Source of the DNA: an uncultured Candidatus Saccharibacteria bacterium
GTDB lineage: Bacteria > Patescibacteriota > Minisyncoccia > Phycocordibacterales > CAIZLB01
Assembly (NCBI GenBank): GCA_964368945.1
Contig: CAYJDM010000002.1
Location: 85,386-149,385 of the forward strand
Length of the DNA: 64,000 nucleotides
Reading direction: 5' to 3'
Position 1 is the stretch's first letter. Each line of letters opens with the position of its first letter. Of this stretch, positions 10,053 to 18,569 are shown piece after piece. The notes under the pieces are model-generated. The model saw only the letters and a list, made by a program, of their open reading frames with translations, made no database searches and was not told the origin of the DNA. The position numbers and the translations under genes are program-made.

Positions 10053-10601
10053 ATGAAAAAAATCGCAAAGCTCAATAAGGGAATGACCGTAGTGGAGGTG
10101 CTTATCTACCTCTCGATTCTCGTGGTAATGCTTGCTGCCATCACCCAGTCAGTTCTCCTCCTCACGACGCATTATCGCGCGGTTCGAAATACAAGGGATA
10201 TCGAGGATTCAGCAATCGCCGTCATGGACAGAGTCGTGCGAACCGCGAGAGGCGCAGACGATATCGTCATGACTTCAGCGTATGGATCATCGACTCCTTC
10301 CGGCACGGATCCGAGCACCGTGAGCTTTATAACCAATGATTCCTCAACGGGGCTTTCCACTACAACCATGTTCACTGTCGATCAATCGACGCGAAAGATC
10401 CTCCTCTACGAAAACGGCGTATATCTTGGTCCTTTGACGAAGGAAAGCGTGCTCGTCATCGGATTCAAGATCAATCACATTATCAGCGCGAATTCCAAGG
10501 CCATTCGAATCGAGCTCAGCCTCCTTTCTGATCAGGCGACGCCGGCGGTCATCTCGAAGAACTTCTACGATACCGTCGTCTTGCGAGGCACATATCGATA
10601 A
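10053..10601 (+). CDS. Pseudopilin / minor pilin.
   Basis: Prepilin motif KGMTVVEVLIYL. Confidence 0.7.
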   Translation: MKKIAKLNKGMTVVEVLIYLSILVVMLAAITQSVLLLTTHYRAVRNTRDIEDSAIAVMDRVVRTARGADDIVMTSAYGSSTPSGTDPSTVSFITNDSSTGLSTTTMFTVDQSTRKILLYENGVYLGPLTKESVLVIGFKINHIISANSKAIRIELSLLSDQATPAVISKNFYDTVVLRGTYR

Positions 10602-10605
10602 TCTT

Positions 10606-12393
10606 ATGAAAAAAAACACATATAGCATCAATAGGCAGAGCGGACAGGTCGTAATGGCCGCCGTGCTGGTATTCATGTCGCTCTCCCTCGTCGTCGTCAT
10701 CGGCATCTCTGCGCCAATCGCAGCGCAGATCAGGAATACTGCAATCGCCCTCGAGACTCGAAAGGCCGTCGCTACTGCCGAAGTGCTCAATGACGATGCT
10801 CTCTACAGGCTCTATGCCGGAAGGACCCTTCCTTCGACCATCGTCCTCGCACTCAATGAATCGACATCCACGGCGATTGTCTCAGACGTAGGGACGATGA
10901 AGCAGATAATCTCAACATCCGTTTCAAGGCAGACGACGCGCACGACCCAGGCTCGATTCAATGCTGGCGGGAGTGCCGCTCCGATTAGCTATGCTTTGCA
11001 TACCGGACAAGGCGGATTTCAGCTGACAGGAGGCGCGCGAGTGAATGGGAATATCTATTCCAATGGAAGCGTCGTCGGCTATGGCGGCGGAAACGTCGTC
11101 GGGAGCGTGACAGCCGCTTCTTCATTGAACGAGACGATAATCACCGATAATACGAATATTGCCGGACTCGTTGGCGGCGTCGATGTCGGAAAGGTGAATG
11201 ATGTGCAGCAGTTGGGACAGAGCTTTACGGTTTCGACATCCACGGCCATTACGACTTTTTCTTTATATATAAAAAAGACCGGCTCTCCCGCCAATGGAAC
11301 ATTGCGCATCTATAATGCCAGCGGAGCCAATGTGGGGACCACTCAGGTCGGCTCAAACGGAGCCTTGTCGGCGGCATCCGTATCTACTGCTTATCAGTGG
11401 GTAGATGTGTATCCGTATGCGCCCATCACCCTTGTTCCCAGCACTACATATTGGATGACATTGGAAGTCCAGGGAAGCAGCGCCTCGAACTACTATACGC
11501 TAGGAATGAATAACAGCGTGTATTCGGCAGGATCCCTCAAGACCAGAGTAAAGACAGGATCGACATGGGCTGGGTACGTCAATGCTTCTCCTGCCACGAG
11601 AGATTTGCTTTTCAGCGCATCGATCGGCGGAGTGACTTTCATTTCTGGAAACAACTGGGATAAATTCAGCATATCTGGCTCCGCGAATGCCGGAACCGTA
11701 AATAGCACCGATGCCGGCGGCCTAATCTATTGCCAGAATGGAAATATGAATAATAAGGCTTGCGATACGAGCATGCCTATTCCCACTTCGGTAGATTTGC
11801 CGATTCAGCAGGATCGCATCAATACTTGGAAGACTCAGGCTTCTGCGGGAACAGTGCGAAATACAAGCTGGACGATCGGCGGCGGAGTCTCTACGAGCAC
11901 TCCGGGCGCTATGAGGATCAATGGCGATCTGACGGTGTCTGGCGGCGCATCGCTTACATTGAATGGGCCTTTGTACGTTACGGGAACGATTACGGTGAGC
12001 GGGGGCACGACGGTGCGGCTGGCTCCCGGATATTCTTCGACTGATGAATTCGTAGTCGCGAACTATGTGCGCCTTACTGGCGGAGGGCAGATTACGGGCA
12101 GCGGCACGGCTGGCAGCTATGTGATAGTCGCCGTCGAAGGAGCCGATTGTCCTTCATCATGCAGCGGTTCGACATATGCCGCCACTACGGATGGAGGAAC
12201 CGCTTCTATGGTTCTCGTCGCTCCGAATGGAACATTGCGAGTTACCGGCGGCGCTGCTCTCAAGGCGGCTATGGCAAAGACGATAATCATGGACGGAGGC
12301 TCAAGCCTGACATATGAAGCCGCCCTTTCGGGCATCACCTTCTCAACCAGCGGCTCCGCAGCCTGGAGCGTCGATAGCTGGAGAGAGATATGA
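10606..12393 (+). CDS. Large PilX-like pilus-associated protein (possible tip or minor pilin).
   Basis: A PilX_N-like hydrophobic N-terminus (GQVVMAAVLVFMSLSLVVVIG) with a Gly/Thr/Ser-rich beta-rich body. It is the last gene of the pilin block. Confidence 0.5.
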   Translation: MKKNTYSINRQSGQVVMAAVLVFMSLSLVVVIGISAPIAAQIRNTAIALETRKAVATAEVLNDDALYRLYAGRTLPSTIVLALNESTSTAIVSDVGTMKQIISTSVSRQTTRTTQARFNAGGSAAPISYALHTGQGGFQLTGGARVNGNIYSNGSVVGYGGGNVVGSVTAASSLNETIITDNTNIAGLVGGVDVGKVNDVQQLGQSFTVSTSTAITTFSLYIKKTGSPANGTLRIYNASGANVGTTQVGSNGALSAASVSTAYQWVDVYPYAPITLVPSTTYWMTLEVQGSSASNYYTLGMNNSVYSAGSLKTRVKTGSTWAGYVNASPATRDLLFSASIGGVTFISGNNWDKFSISGSANAGTVNSTDAGGLIYCQNGNMNNKACDTSMPIPTSVDLPIQQDRINTWKTQASAGTVRNTSWTIGGGVSTSTPGAMRINGDLTVSGGASLTLNGPLYVTGTITVSGGTTVRLAPGYSSTDEFVVANYVRLTGGGQITGSGTAGSYVIVAVEGADCPSSCSGSTYAATTDGGTASMVLVAPNGTLRVTGGAALKAAMAKTIIMDGGSSLTYEAALSGITFSTSGSAAWSVDSWREI

Positions 12394-12407
12394 TAAGATA
12401 GCCTGAT

Positions 12408-12524
12408 AGCAATCAGGGCACCTTCTTGGACCTAAGCCTTGCATACGGCAAAAGAATACTAAGTACTGACTAGTATTCTTTGGCCAGATGCGGGGAGGGT
12501 TCAGGAAAGTGCCCTGATTTTTTT
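12408..12524 (+). terminator. Extended-stem terminator. A 10-bp perfect closing stem (ATCAGGGCAC / GTGCCCTGAT) encloses about 88 nt that contain a 10-bp hairpin. It is followed by T7.
   Basis: Both inverted repeats read directly from the sequence. A T7 run sits at 12515-12521. Confidence 0.5.
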
Positions 12525-12598
12525 GTGCCTGAATCTCAATCTCGGCTCCTCACGCAACCAAAACCGCAAAAAGGCAATCCTGCCCTGGAAATCCGCGC

Positions 12599-12608
12599 AT
12601 GCTATACT
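12599..12608 (+). promoter_or_regulatory. Extended -10 promoter TGcTATACT, 8 nt upstream of the tpiA ATG (leaderless).
   Basis: TG at -15/-14 plus TATACT. The ATG at 12617 follows 8 nt later. Confidence 0.45.
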
Positions 12609-12616
12609 TTCCCAAT

Positions 12617-13591
12617 ATGCAGAAAAACAAAAAACTTCTTATCGCAGCGAACTGGAAAATGACCCCTCCGACCCTGAGTGAGGCAAAGAAAAAGGCGGCA
12701 GCTTTCAAGATAATCGCCAAGAAATATCAGAAAATCGCAAAGGCCAAGGCATCTCTCCAGGTCTTGGTTTGCCCTCCATATCCATTCATTGGAGAGCTGA
12801 AGGCGGCTTTCACTAATTCTCCGGCACTCGTCGGAGCTCAGGATGTCTCGCAGCATGATGGCGGATCAAAGACGGGCGAGGTGGCATCGACGATGCTTCA
12901 GTCTCTCGGCGCCAGCTATGTGGTAGTTGGCCATAGCGAGAGGCGGGCGGCGGGAGATACTGATGAAATCGTATCGGTTAAGCTTGGCCAGGTCATCCGC
13001 ATGAAGATGCAGGCCATCCTTTGCATCGGCGAAACTGAGCGAGATGAGAATGGCGAATACCTCAATGTCATCAAGGCACAGCTCAAGGTGAGCCTGGAGC
13101 GATTGTCGAATATCGATTTCTCAAGGGTCGTCATCGCATACGAACCGGTCTGGGCGATCGGACGAACTGACAATGTCGCATTGTCCGGACATGATCTGCA
13201 TCAGATGGTTATTTATATTAGAAAAATGCTCCGAGATCTCTATAATGATTCGATCGCCACAGCGACGAAGATCTTGTATGGAGGATCAGTAACTCCCGAA
13301 AATGCTGAAGATATAATCTGGAATGGGGAAGTGGATGGCGTCCTTATAGGACATGAAAGCTTCCAAGCGGAATCATTCGAAGCGATCTGCAAGAATATCG
13401 CTTTGCCCACGCATGCCAATGTCATCATCCGAGAGACTGCCATGAAGCAGATGAAGACGATCAAGAATAATAAGACCATCAAGGCGAATCCTGCAATCAC
13501 CAAGAATAAGGAGAAGGTCGTCAAAAAGATGAAGCGCGTCAAAAAGACAAAGCGAGTGCAGAAGAAGGGCTCGAAAAAATCAGCGCGATAA
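12617..13591 (+). CDS. tpiA: Triosephosphate isomerase with a Lys-rich C-terminal tail of about 55 aa.
   Basis: AANWKMT (AGNWKMN motif), VVVGHSERR, YGGSV. Tail: KNKEKVVKKMKRVKKTKRVQKKGSKKSAR. Confidence 0.85.
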   Translation: MQKNKKLLIAANWKMTPPTLSEAKKKAAAFKIIAKKYQKIAKAKASLQVLVCPPYPFIGELKAAFTNSPALVGAQDVSQHDGGSKTGEVASTMLQSLGASYVVVGHSERRAAGDTDEIVSVKLGQVIRMKMQAILCIGETERDENGEYLNVIKAQLKVSLERLSNIDFSRVVIAYEPVWAIGRTDNVALSGHDLHQMVIYIRKMLRDLYNDSIATATKILYGGSVTPENAEDIIWNGEVDGVLIGHESFQAESFEAICKNIALPTHANVIIRETAMKQMKTIKNNKTIKANPAITKNKEKVVKKMKRVKKTKRVQKKGSKKSAR

Positions 13592-13604
13592 TCAAATACC
13601 AAAT

Positions 13605-14795
13605 ATGAAACCAATCACATCGCTTGATTCAGAAAATCTCGAAGGAAAGGTCGCTCTTGTTCGCGTCGATTACAATGTGCCGATTCAGGATGGCCAAATC
13701 GCCGATGATTTGCGCATCAAGTCTTCGCTCAAGACCATCGAGTATTTGCGAGGCAAGGGCGCCAAAGTCGTACTCATCTCTCATATAGAAGGCAAAGGGT
13801 CTGCCTCTCTCGAGCCCATCTCTCGATATGCTTTTCCGTTTGCCGTGGCATTTGAAAAAGAAATTCCTGCCGCAGACAATGGCGTTTTGAAGGAGCAGCT
13901 TGCCGGATTTGCTGCCGAGGGCGGACCGCTTGCGACTGCTCCGAATGGCTCTGTCTTTCTCTTTGAGAATTTGCGAAATAATCCAGGTGAAAAAGAGAAC
14001 GATCCTGAATTCGCAGCGGCACTCGCATCTATCGCTGATCTGTTCGTAGACGATGCCTTCTCGGTTTCTCATCGAGCTCATGCATCTGTAGTGGGCATTC
14101 CTGCTTTGCTTCCTCACTATGCAGGCTTCCAGATCATCGATGAGGTTTCTCATTTGGAAAAGGGAATCAATCCGCAGCACCCATTCATCTTTGTTCTCGG
14201 CGGCGCGAAGTTCGATACCAAGCTCCCGCTCATTGAGAAGTTTATGAAAAAGGCGGACAAGGTCTTGATCGCTGGCGCATTGTTCAATGACATCATGAAG
14301 GGCCGCGGTCTCGAGGTTGGAAAGTCTCTCGTCAGCAATACGACTTTGCCAGAAGAAATCCTCAATGATCCATCGAAGAAAATGATCGAGCCGACGGATG
14401 TCGTCGTCAAGAATCCTGCGACCGGAGAGATTTTTACAAAAAATGTCGATGCCGTATCTCCAGAAGAAAGCGTCATGGATGCCGGGCCATCGGTGATCAC
14501 GGGAATCAAAGAGGTATTCGATACTGCGATGGCTTCCGGACAGAAGCCATTCGTATTATGGAATGGGCCACTCGGAGATTATGAAGACGGCTTTAAGGAT
14601 CAAACAGTCGCGCTTGCGGAATTGATCATTTCTTCAGGCGTCGATGCATTGATCGGAGGAGGCGATACGACTGCGGTGATCGCGAGTATCCAAGCCGAGC
14701 ATCCATCCGACAGCGTCTATGTATCTACTGGAGGAGGCGCCATGATCGACTATCTCATCAATGAGACATTGCCAGGGATCGATGCTTTGAAGTAG
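13605..14795 (+). CDS. pgk: Phosphoglycerate kinase.
   Basis: Conserved along its length: RVDYNVP, the hinge, and GGGDT-like and nucleotide-binding motifs. Confidence 0.9.
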   Translation: MKPITSLDSENLEGKVALVRVDYNVPIQDGQIADDLRIKSSLKTIEYLRGKGAKVVLISHIEGKGSASLEPISRYAFPFAVAFEKEIPAADNGVLKEQLAGFAAEGGPLATAPNGSVFLFENLRNNPGEKENDPEFAAALASIADLFVDDAFSVSHRAHASVVGIPALLPHYAGFQIIDEVSHLEKGINPQHPFIFVLGGAKFDTKLPLIEKFMKKADKVLIAGALFNDIMKGRGLEVGKSLVSNTTLPEEILNDPSKKMIEPTDVVVKNPATGEIFTKNVDAVSPEESVMDAGPSVITGIKEVFDTAMASGQKPFVLWNGPLGDYEDGFKDQTVALAELIISSGVDALIGGGDTTAVIASIQAEHPSDSVYVSTGGGAMIDYLINETLPGIDALK

Positions 14796-14830
14796 ATGCA
14801 AGTGAGGTTTCGATAGGATTGCGGCAAAGA

Positions 14831-14864
14831 AAAATCCCGGGCATATGATGCTCGGGATTTTCTA
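14831..14864. terminator. Bidirectional terminator between the convergent pgk and HIT genes.
   Basis: AAAAATCCCGGGCA-TATGA-TGCTCGGGATTTT, with an A-run upstream and a T-run downstream. Confidence 0.75.
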
Positions 14865-14872
14865 TCGTTTGG

Positions 14873-15331
14873 CTATTCCGCCAAGACTCTTTTTACGTCT
14901 TCCTGAACCTTCGCATTGTCTTCCTGAGAAATCAGCTTGCCTTGCCATTTAGGAAGGCCGTCATCATTATGTCTCGGAATAATGTGAATATGGCTATGCA
15001 TGATGAGCTGGTTCGCAGCGGCTTCATTGTTCACATGGATATTGATTCCGTCCGCGTCCACGGCTTGCTTGATGGCGATCGCCATCTTCTGTGCGGTGAG
15101 CATGACGCGCGCCCAGATCTCGGGCGGGGTCGAATATACGTTTTCGAAATGGCTCTTTGGAATCACGAGCGTATGGCCTGGATTATTGGGAAAAATGTCC
15201 AGAAAAGCCATCGTCTCATCATCCTCATATACTTTGGATGCTGGGGCATTGCCCGCTACGATCTTGCAAAAGAGGCAGTTCTCGGCGCTTCCTTCCGGAT
15301 GAAATGAGGGGTCGTGTTGTGGTGAATTCAT
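14873..15331 (-). CDS. HIT-family (histidine triad) nucleotide hydrolase.
   Basis: HSHIHII histidine triad, plus the CxxC-less HIT fold motif CLFCKI. Confidence 0.8.
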   Translation of the reverse strand: MNSPQHDPSFHPEGSAENCLFCKIVAGNAPASKVYEDDETMAFLDIFPNNPGHTLVIPKSHFENVYSTPPEIWARVMLTAQKMAIAIKQAVDADGINIHVNNEAAANQLIMHSHIHIIPRHNDDGLPKWQGKLISQEDNAKVQEDVKRVLAE

Positions 15332-15358
15332 GGCTGTATTCTATGATAAAATTGCCCG

Positions 15359-17317
15359 ATGGTTAAGGCCTCCTTCAAGCTCAAAGACTGTCCGGCCGGC
15401 ATCGTGCACAATCCTGACGGCGATCTTTTGGAGCGATTGCTTGCAGTACGCGGAATTACCGACGCGGGGCGGGCGTTATTCCTGCAGCCTGATTTCGAGA
15501 CCGGTCTGCACGATCCTTTTCTCCTGAAGGATATGGATCGGACTGTCGACCGCATTATCAAGGCGATGAAGAATGATGAGCATATCCTGATCTATTCCGA
15601 CTATGACGCGGACGGATTGCCAGGCGCATCGATTTTCCATGATTTCTTCCGGACTGCCGGCTACCCGCATGTAAGTTTCTTTCAGCCCGATCGCCATGTC
15701 GATGGATTCGGCCTGCATGCGCATATCCTGGATGAATATTTGGGCAAAACAGGCGATGGAGTCGAGGCGGTCGATGCGGCTGGATTCCCAATTGCGCCCG
15801 CGACTTTGATGATTACGATCGATTGCGGCATTGCCGATGTTGAACCTGTGCGGATCTTGTCTGCACGATCAAATGAGCCCGGCCGAAAGCCGCTCGATAT
15901 CATCATCACGGATCATCATTTGCCAGGGCCCGTTCTGCCGGATGCATTTGCAATCGTCAATCCGAAGCGCGCCGACTGCGAATATCCTGAGAAGATGCTT
16001 TGCGGCTCAGGCGTCGCTTACAAAATCATCTGCGCTCTGGTCTCGCGCATGGATGCGGAAAAGGTCGCGAACAATGCGGCGAATAGCGAATCAAAGCCCG
16101 GCGTTTTTCCGATTGGATATACGAAGTGGCTGCTCGATCTCGTCGGTATTGCCACGATGTCGGATATGGTTCCGCTTAGGGGAGAGAATCGCCTTCTCGC
16201 ATATTATGGATTGATGGTCTTGAGGAAAACCCGCCGACCCGGAATCCTCTCATTGTGCAGGACGAATATGCTCGAGCCGAAGAATATCGTCGAGGATGAT
16301 ATTGCTTTCACGATCGCGCCGCGCATCAATGTGGCATCCCGCCTCGCGCATCCGCGCATGGCATTCGATTTGCTTACGGCGACATCGTTCGATGGCGCAA
16401 TGCGCATAGCAAAGGATTTGAACAATATAAACAATAGGCGAAAAACCATGGTCGCTCAGATCATGAAGCAGGCCCATGCAAAGGTTCGCGAATCGAAACT
16501 CAATCAGGATCCCGTTCTCGTCATAGGCAATCCAGACTGGAAGCCGCCCGTTCTCGGACTCGTCGCGACTCAGCTCATCAAGGCCTATGGCCGACCGACA
16601 TTCGTATGGGGCCGCGACGATAGCGGAGCATATAAGGGCTCGGCTCGTTCCACTCCCGATATCGATATCGTGCAGCTAATGTATACCGTGCCAGATGAAG
16701 TTTTCATCAACAAAGGCGGACATGCTCAATCCGGCGGATTCTGCGTGCACCCTGATCATATCTTCGATTTCGACAATGCGATGCAGACCGCGTTCGCAAA
16801 GATCTATGGAGCGAAAGTTGAAACTGGCATTAATGCCGAAGTGGAAGGAGGCGATGCGTCGAACGAACTCGGACGTAACGTCCAGGTTTCTTCTACGCAT
16901 GGTAAGGTCTGTCACCTCGTTGATGCGATCATAAGCGTGAACGATATCAATCCGCGCACTTTCGCCATGATCGAGAAGCTTTCCCCCTACGGTGTCGGCA
17001 ATGAGAAGCCGCTCTTTGCGATTACGGATTTTCATATTAAAAACGCCCGACTCTTCGGCAAGACGGGCGAGCATCTCGAGCTCGAGCATGGCGACTGGGA
17101 TAATGGCCAGGTAAAGGCGATCCAATTTTTTTATACTGAAGGAAGCTCTAAAAGCGGCTCAAAAAAGCCCGAAGATATAACGAGCCTGGATGATCTCAAG
17201 CAAGATCCGCTCCTGGCCCTCAAGCAAAATACCCACAAGGCCATCATCGGCTGCATCGAAAAGAATCAATTTCGCGGCGCGAATGAGATCCGGCTCAGAA
17301 TTATTGATATGGTTTAG
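15359..17317 (+). CDS. recJ: Single-stranded-DNA-specific exonuclease RecJ (DHH/DHHA1).
   Basis: DHH motifs (IYSDYDADG, ITDHH), a DHHA1 domain and a C-terminal OB-like region. Confidence 0.8.
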   Translation: MVKASFKLKDCPAGIVHNPDGDLLERLLAVRGITDAGRALFLQPDFETGLHDPFLLKDMDRTVDRIIKAMKNDEHILIYSDYDADGLPGASIFHDFFRTAGYPHVSFFQPDRHVDGFGLHAHILDEYLGKTGDGVEAVDAAGFPIAPATLMITIDCGIADVEPVRILSARSNEPGRKPLDIIITDHHLPGPVLPDAFAIVNPKRADCEYPEKMLCGSGVAYKIICALVSRMDAEKVANNAANSESKPGVFPIGYTKWLLDLVGIATMSDMVPLRGENRLLAYYGLMVLRKTRRPGILSLCRTNMLEPKNIVEDDIAFTIAPRINVASRLAHPRMAFDLLTATSFDGAMRIAKDLNNINNRRKTMVAQIMKQAHAKVRESKLNQDPVLVIGNPDWKPPVLGLVATQLIKAYGRPTFVWGRDDSGAYKGSARSTPDIDIVQLMYTVPDEVFINKGGHAQSGGFCVHPDHIFDFDNAMQTAFAKIYGAKVETGINAEVEGGDASNELGRNVQVSSTHGKVCHLVDAIISVNDINPRTFAMIEKLSPYGVGNEKPLFAITDFHIKNARLFGKTGEHLELEHGDWDNGQVKAIQFFYTEGSSKSGSKKPEDITSLDDLKQDPLLALKQNTHKAIIGCIEKNQFRGANEIRLRIIDMV

Positions 17318-17576
17318 TTTCTCGCGATTGACTTCCGATGGCGCGCAAGGCAAAATATGCTCTCGTGACCGATCTCACGATTGCTCCAGCAATCTCTGGA
17401 AACCAACAACCTCTCCTCAACTCAGCAGCACATTATGCCTTTTTTCTCATCTACTTCCAGTGAAGACGACCCTTCGGGATCAAGCACAGGAATGCTTATC
17501 GATGACGACGAGGATCACGAGCTCGTGCCCGACGACGACCCGGAAGAGTCCGACGAAAACTAAAGCCAGCCCAGAG

Positions 17577-17630
17577 CCCGGAGCGCCGCCATATGCGGCA
17601 GCTCCGGGTCTTCTTTTAATTTCTTTTTTA
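17577..17630 (+). terminator. Rho-independent terminator: CCCGGAGCGCCGC-loop-GCGGCAGCTCCGGG, followed by a long T-rich tail.
   Basis: A stem of 13 bp or more, read directly, followed by TCTTCTTTTAATTTCTTTTTT. Confidence 0.75.
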
Positions 17631-17655
17631 TACATAAATATCATACAATCTAGCA

Positions 17656-18480
17656 ATGAATACACCATCTGCTGGCATCGTGACCATCTATACCGACGGC
17701 TCTTCTCGGGGCAATCCGGGGCCTGGAGGCTATGGCGCTGTCTGCATCTATCCGAATTCGCATGCAAAGGATGGACTTGCCATGTTCGCGCGCGAACTCG
17801 GAGGGCGGGAAGCCGAAACGACCAATAACCGCATGGAAATCATGGCGGCGATCAAGGGCCTCGAATTGATGCAGGGCTTTTATTCGCCGGAGCATGAGAT
17901 GGAGATCCACCTGCACTCTGATTCGGCGTATATGCTGCAAGGAATCGAGAAGTGGATCCATGGATGGAAAAAGAATAATTGGATCACATCGACAAAGGAG
18001 GCAGTCAAGAATGAGGATTTATGGCGTGCGCTCGATTCCGTTATCGAGACTTTGCATAAGGAGGGCGTCGAGGTTGTTTGGCATAAGGTCAAAGGCCATG
18101 CCGGTCATGTCGGCAATGAGCGATGCGATGAGATAGCCACGAGCTTCGCGGACAATGATAAGGAAGCGATGGCAAGCCTCTATGATGGACCGATCAGTGG
18201 CTATGACTTGGCGAGCGATATTTTGAATAAAAACATTTTGGGCGGAGGTTCTGCGACTGGGCAAGGTGCGACATCAACATCCAGCGGCAAGTCGAAATCG
18301 AAATCGTCCAACAAGGGCAAGCCAGCGTATTCATATGTAAGCTATGTCGATGGCGACCTCCGAATCGACAAGACATGGGCTGAATGCGAGAGCCGCGTCA
18401 AAGGCAAAAGTGGCGCGAAATTCAAGAAGGCTTTGTCGGCTTCAGATGAGGCTGAGATCTCAAAAGAATTTACCGGCTAG
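17656..18480 (+). CDS. rnhA: Ribonuclease HI with a C-terminal hybrid-binding-domain (HBD)-like extension.
   Basis: An RNase H fold with DGS..GYG, E (RMEIMAA) and the D..HAG catalytic residues. The C-terminal YSYVSYVDG...TWAECESRVKGKSGAKFKKALSASDEAE segment matches the RNase H1 HBD pattern W-x-EC...V.G..GA.FKKF...EA. Confidence 0.8.
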   Translation: MNTPSAGIVTIYTDGSSRGNPGPGGYGAVCIYPNSHAKDGLAMFARELGGREAETTNNRMEIMAAIKGLELMQGFYSPEHEMEIHLHSDSAYMLQGIEKWIHGWKKNNWITSTKEAVKNEDLWRALDSVIETLHKEGVEVVWHKVKGHAGHVGNERCDEIATSFADNDKEAMASLYDGPISGYDLASDILNKNILGGGSATGQGATSTSSGKSKSKSSNKGKPAYSYVSYVDGDLRIDKTWAECESRVKGKSGAKFKKALSASDEAEISKEFTG

Positions 18481-18569
18481 CATTTGCCTGCTAGCTGGCC
18501 AGCTGGCGCATGGACAATTGTGCGGGTTTCTTGATCAAAATTTAAGGTAGCTCGAATTAAGATGCTCTC

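Noticed and set aside
12599-12616. Upstream ATG start (MLYFPN...) for tpiA as in the ORF table
   Set aside because: That ATG lies inside the extended -10 element TGcTATACT. The ATG at 12617 follows the promoter by 8 nt and gives the canonical TPI N-terminus.
17381-17563. 60-aa highly acidic ORF between recJ and rnhA
   Set aside because: It is a short, low-complexity Asp/Glu/Ser tract without RBS or promoter support, and is not conserved-looking. It is left unannotated as a gene, although the downstream terminator at 17577-17630 is real.
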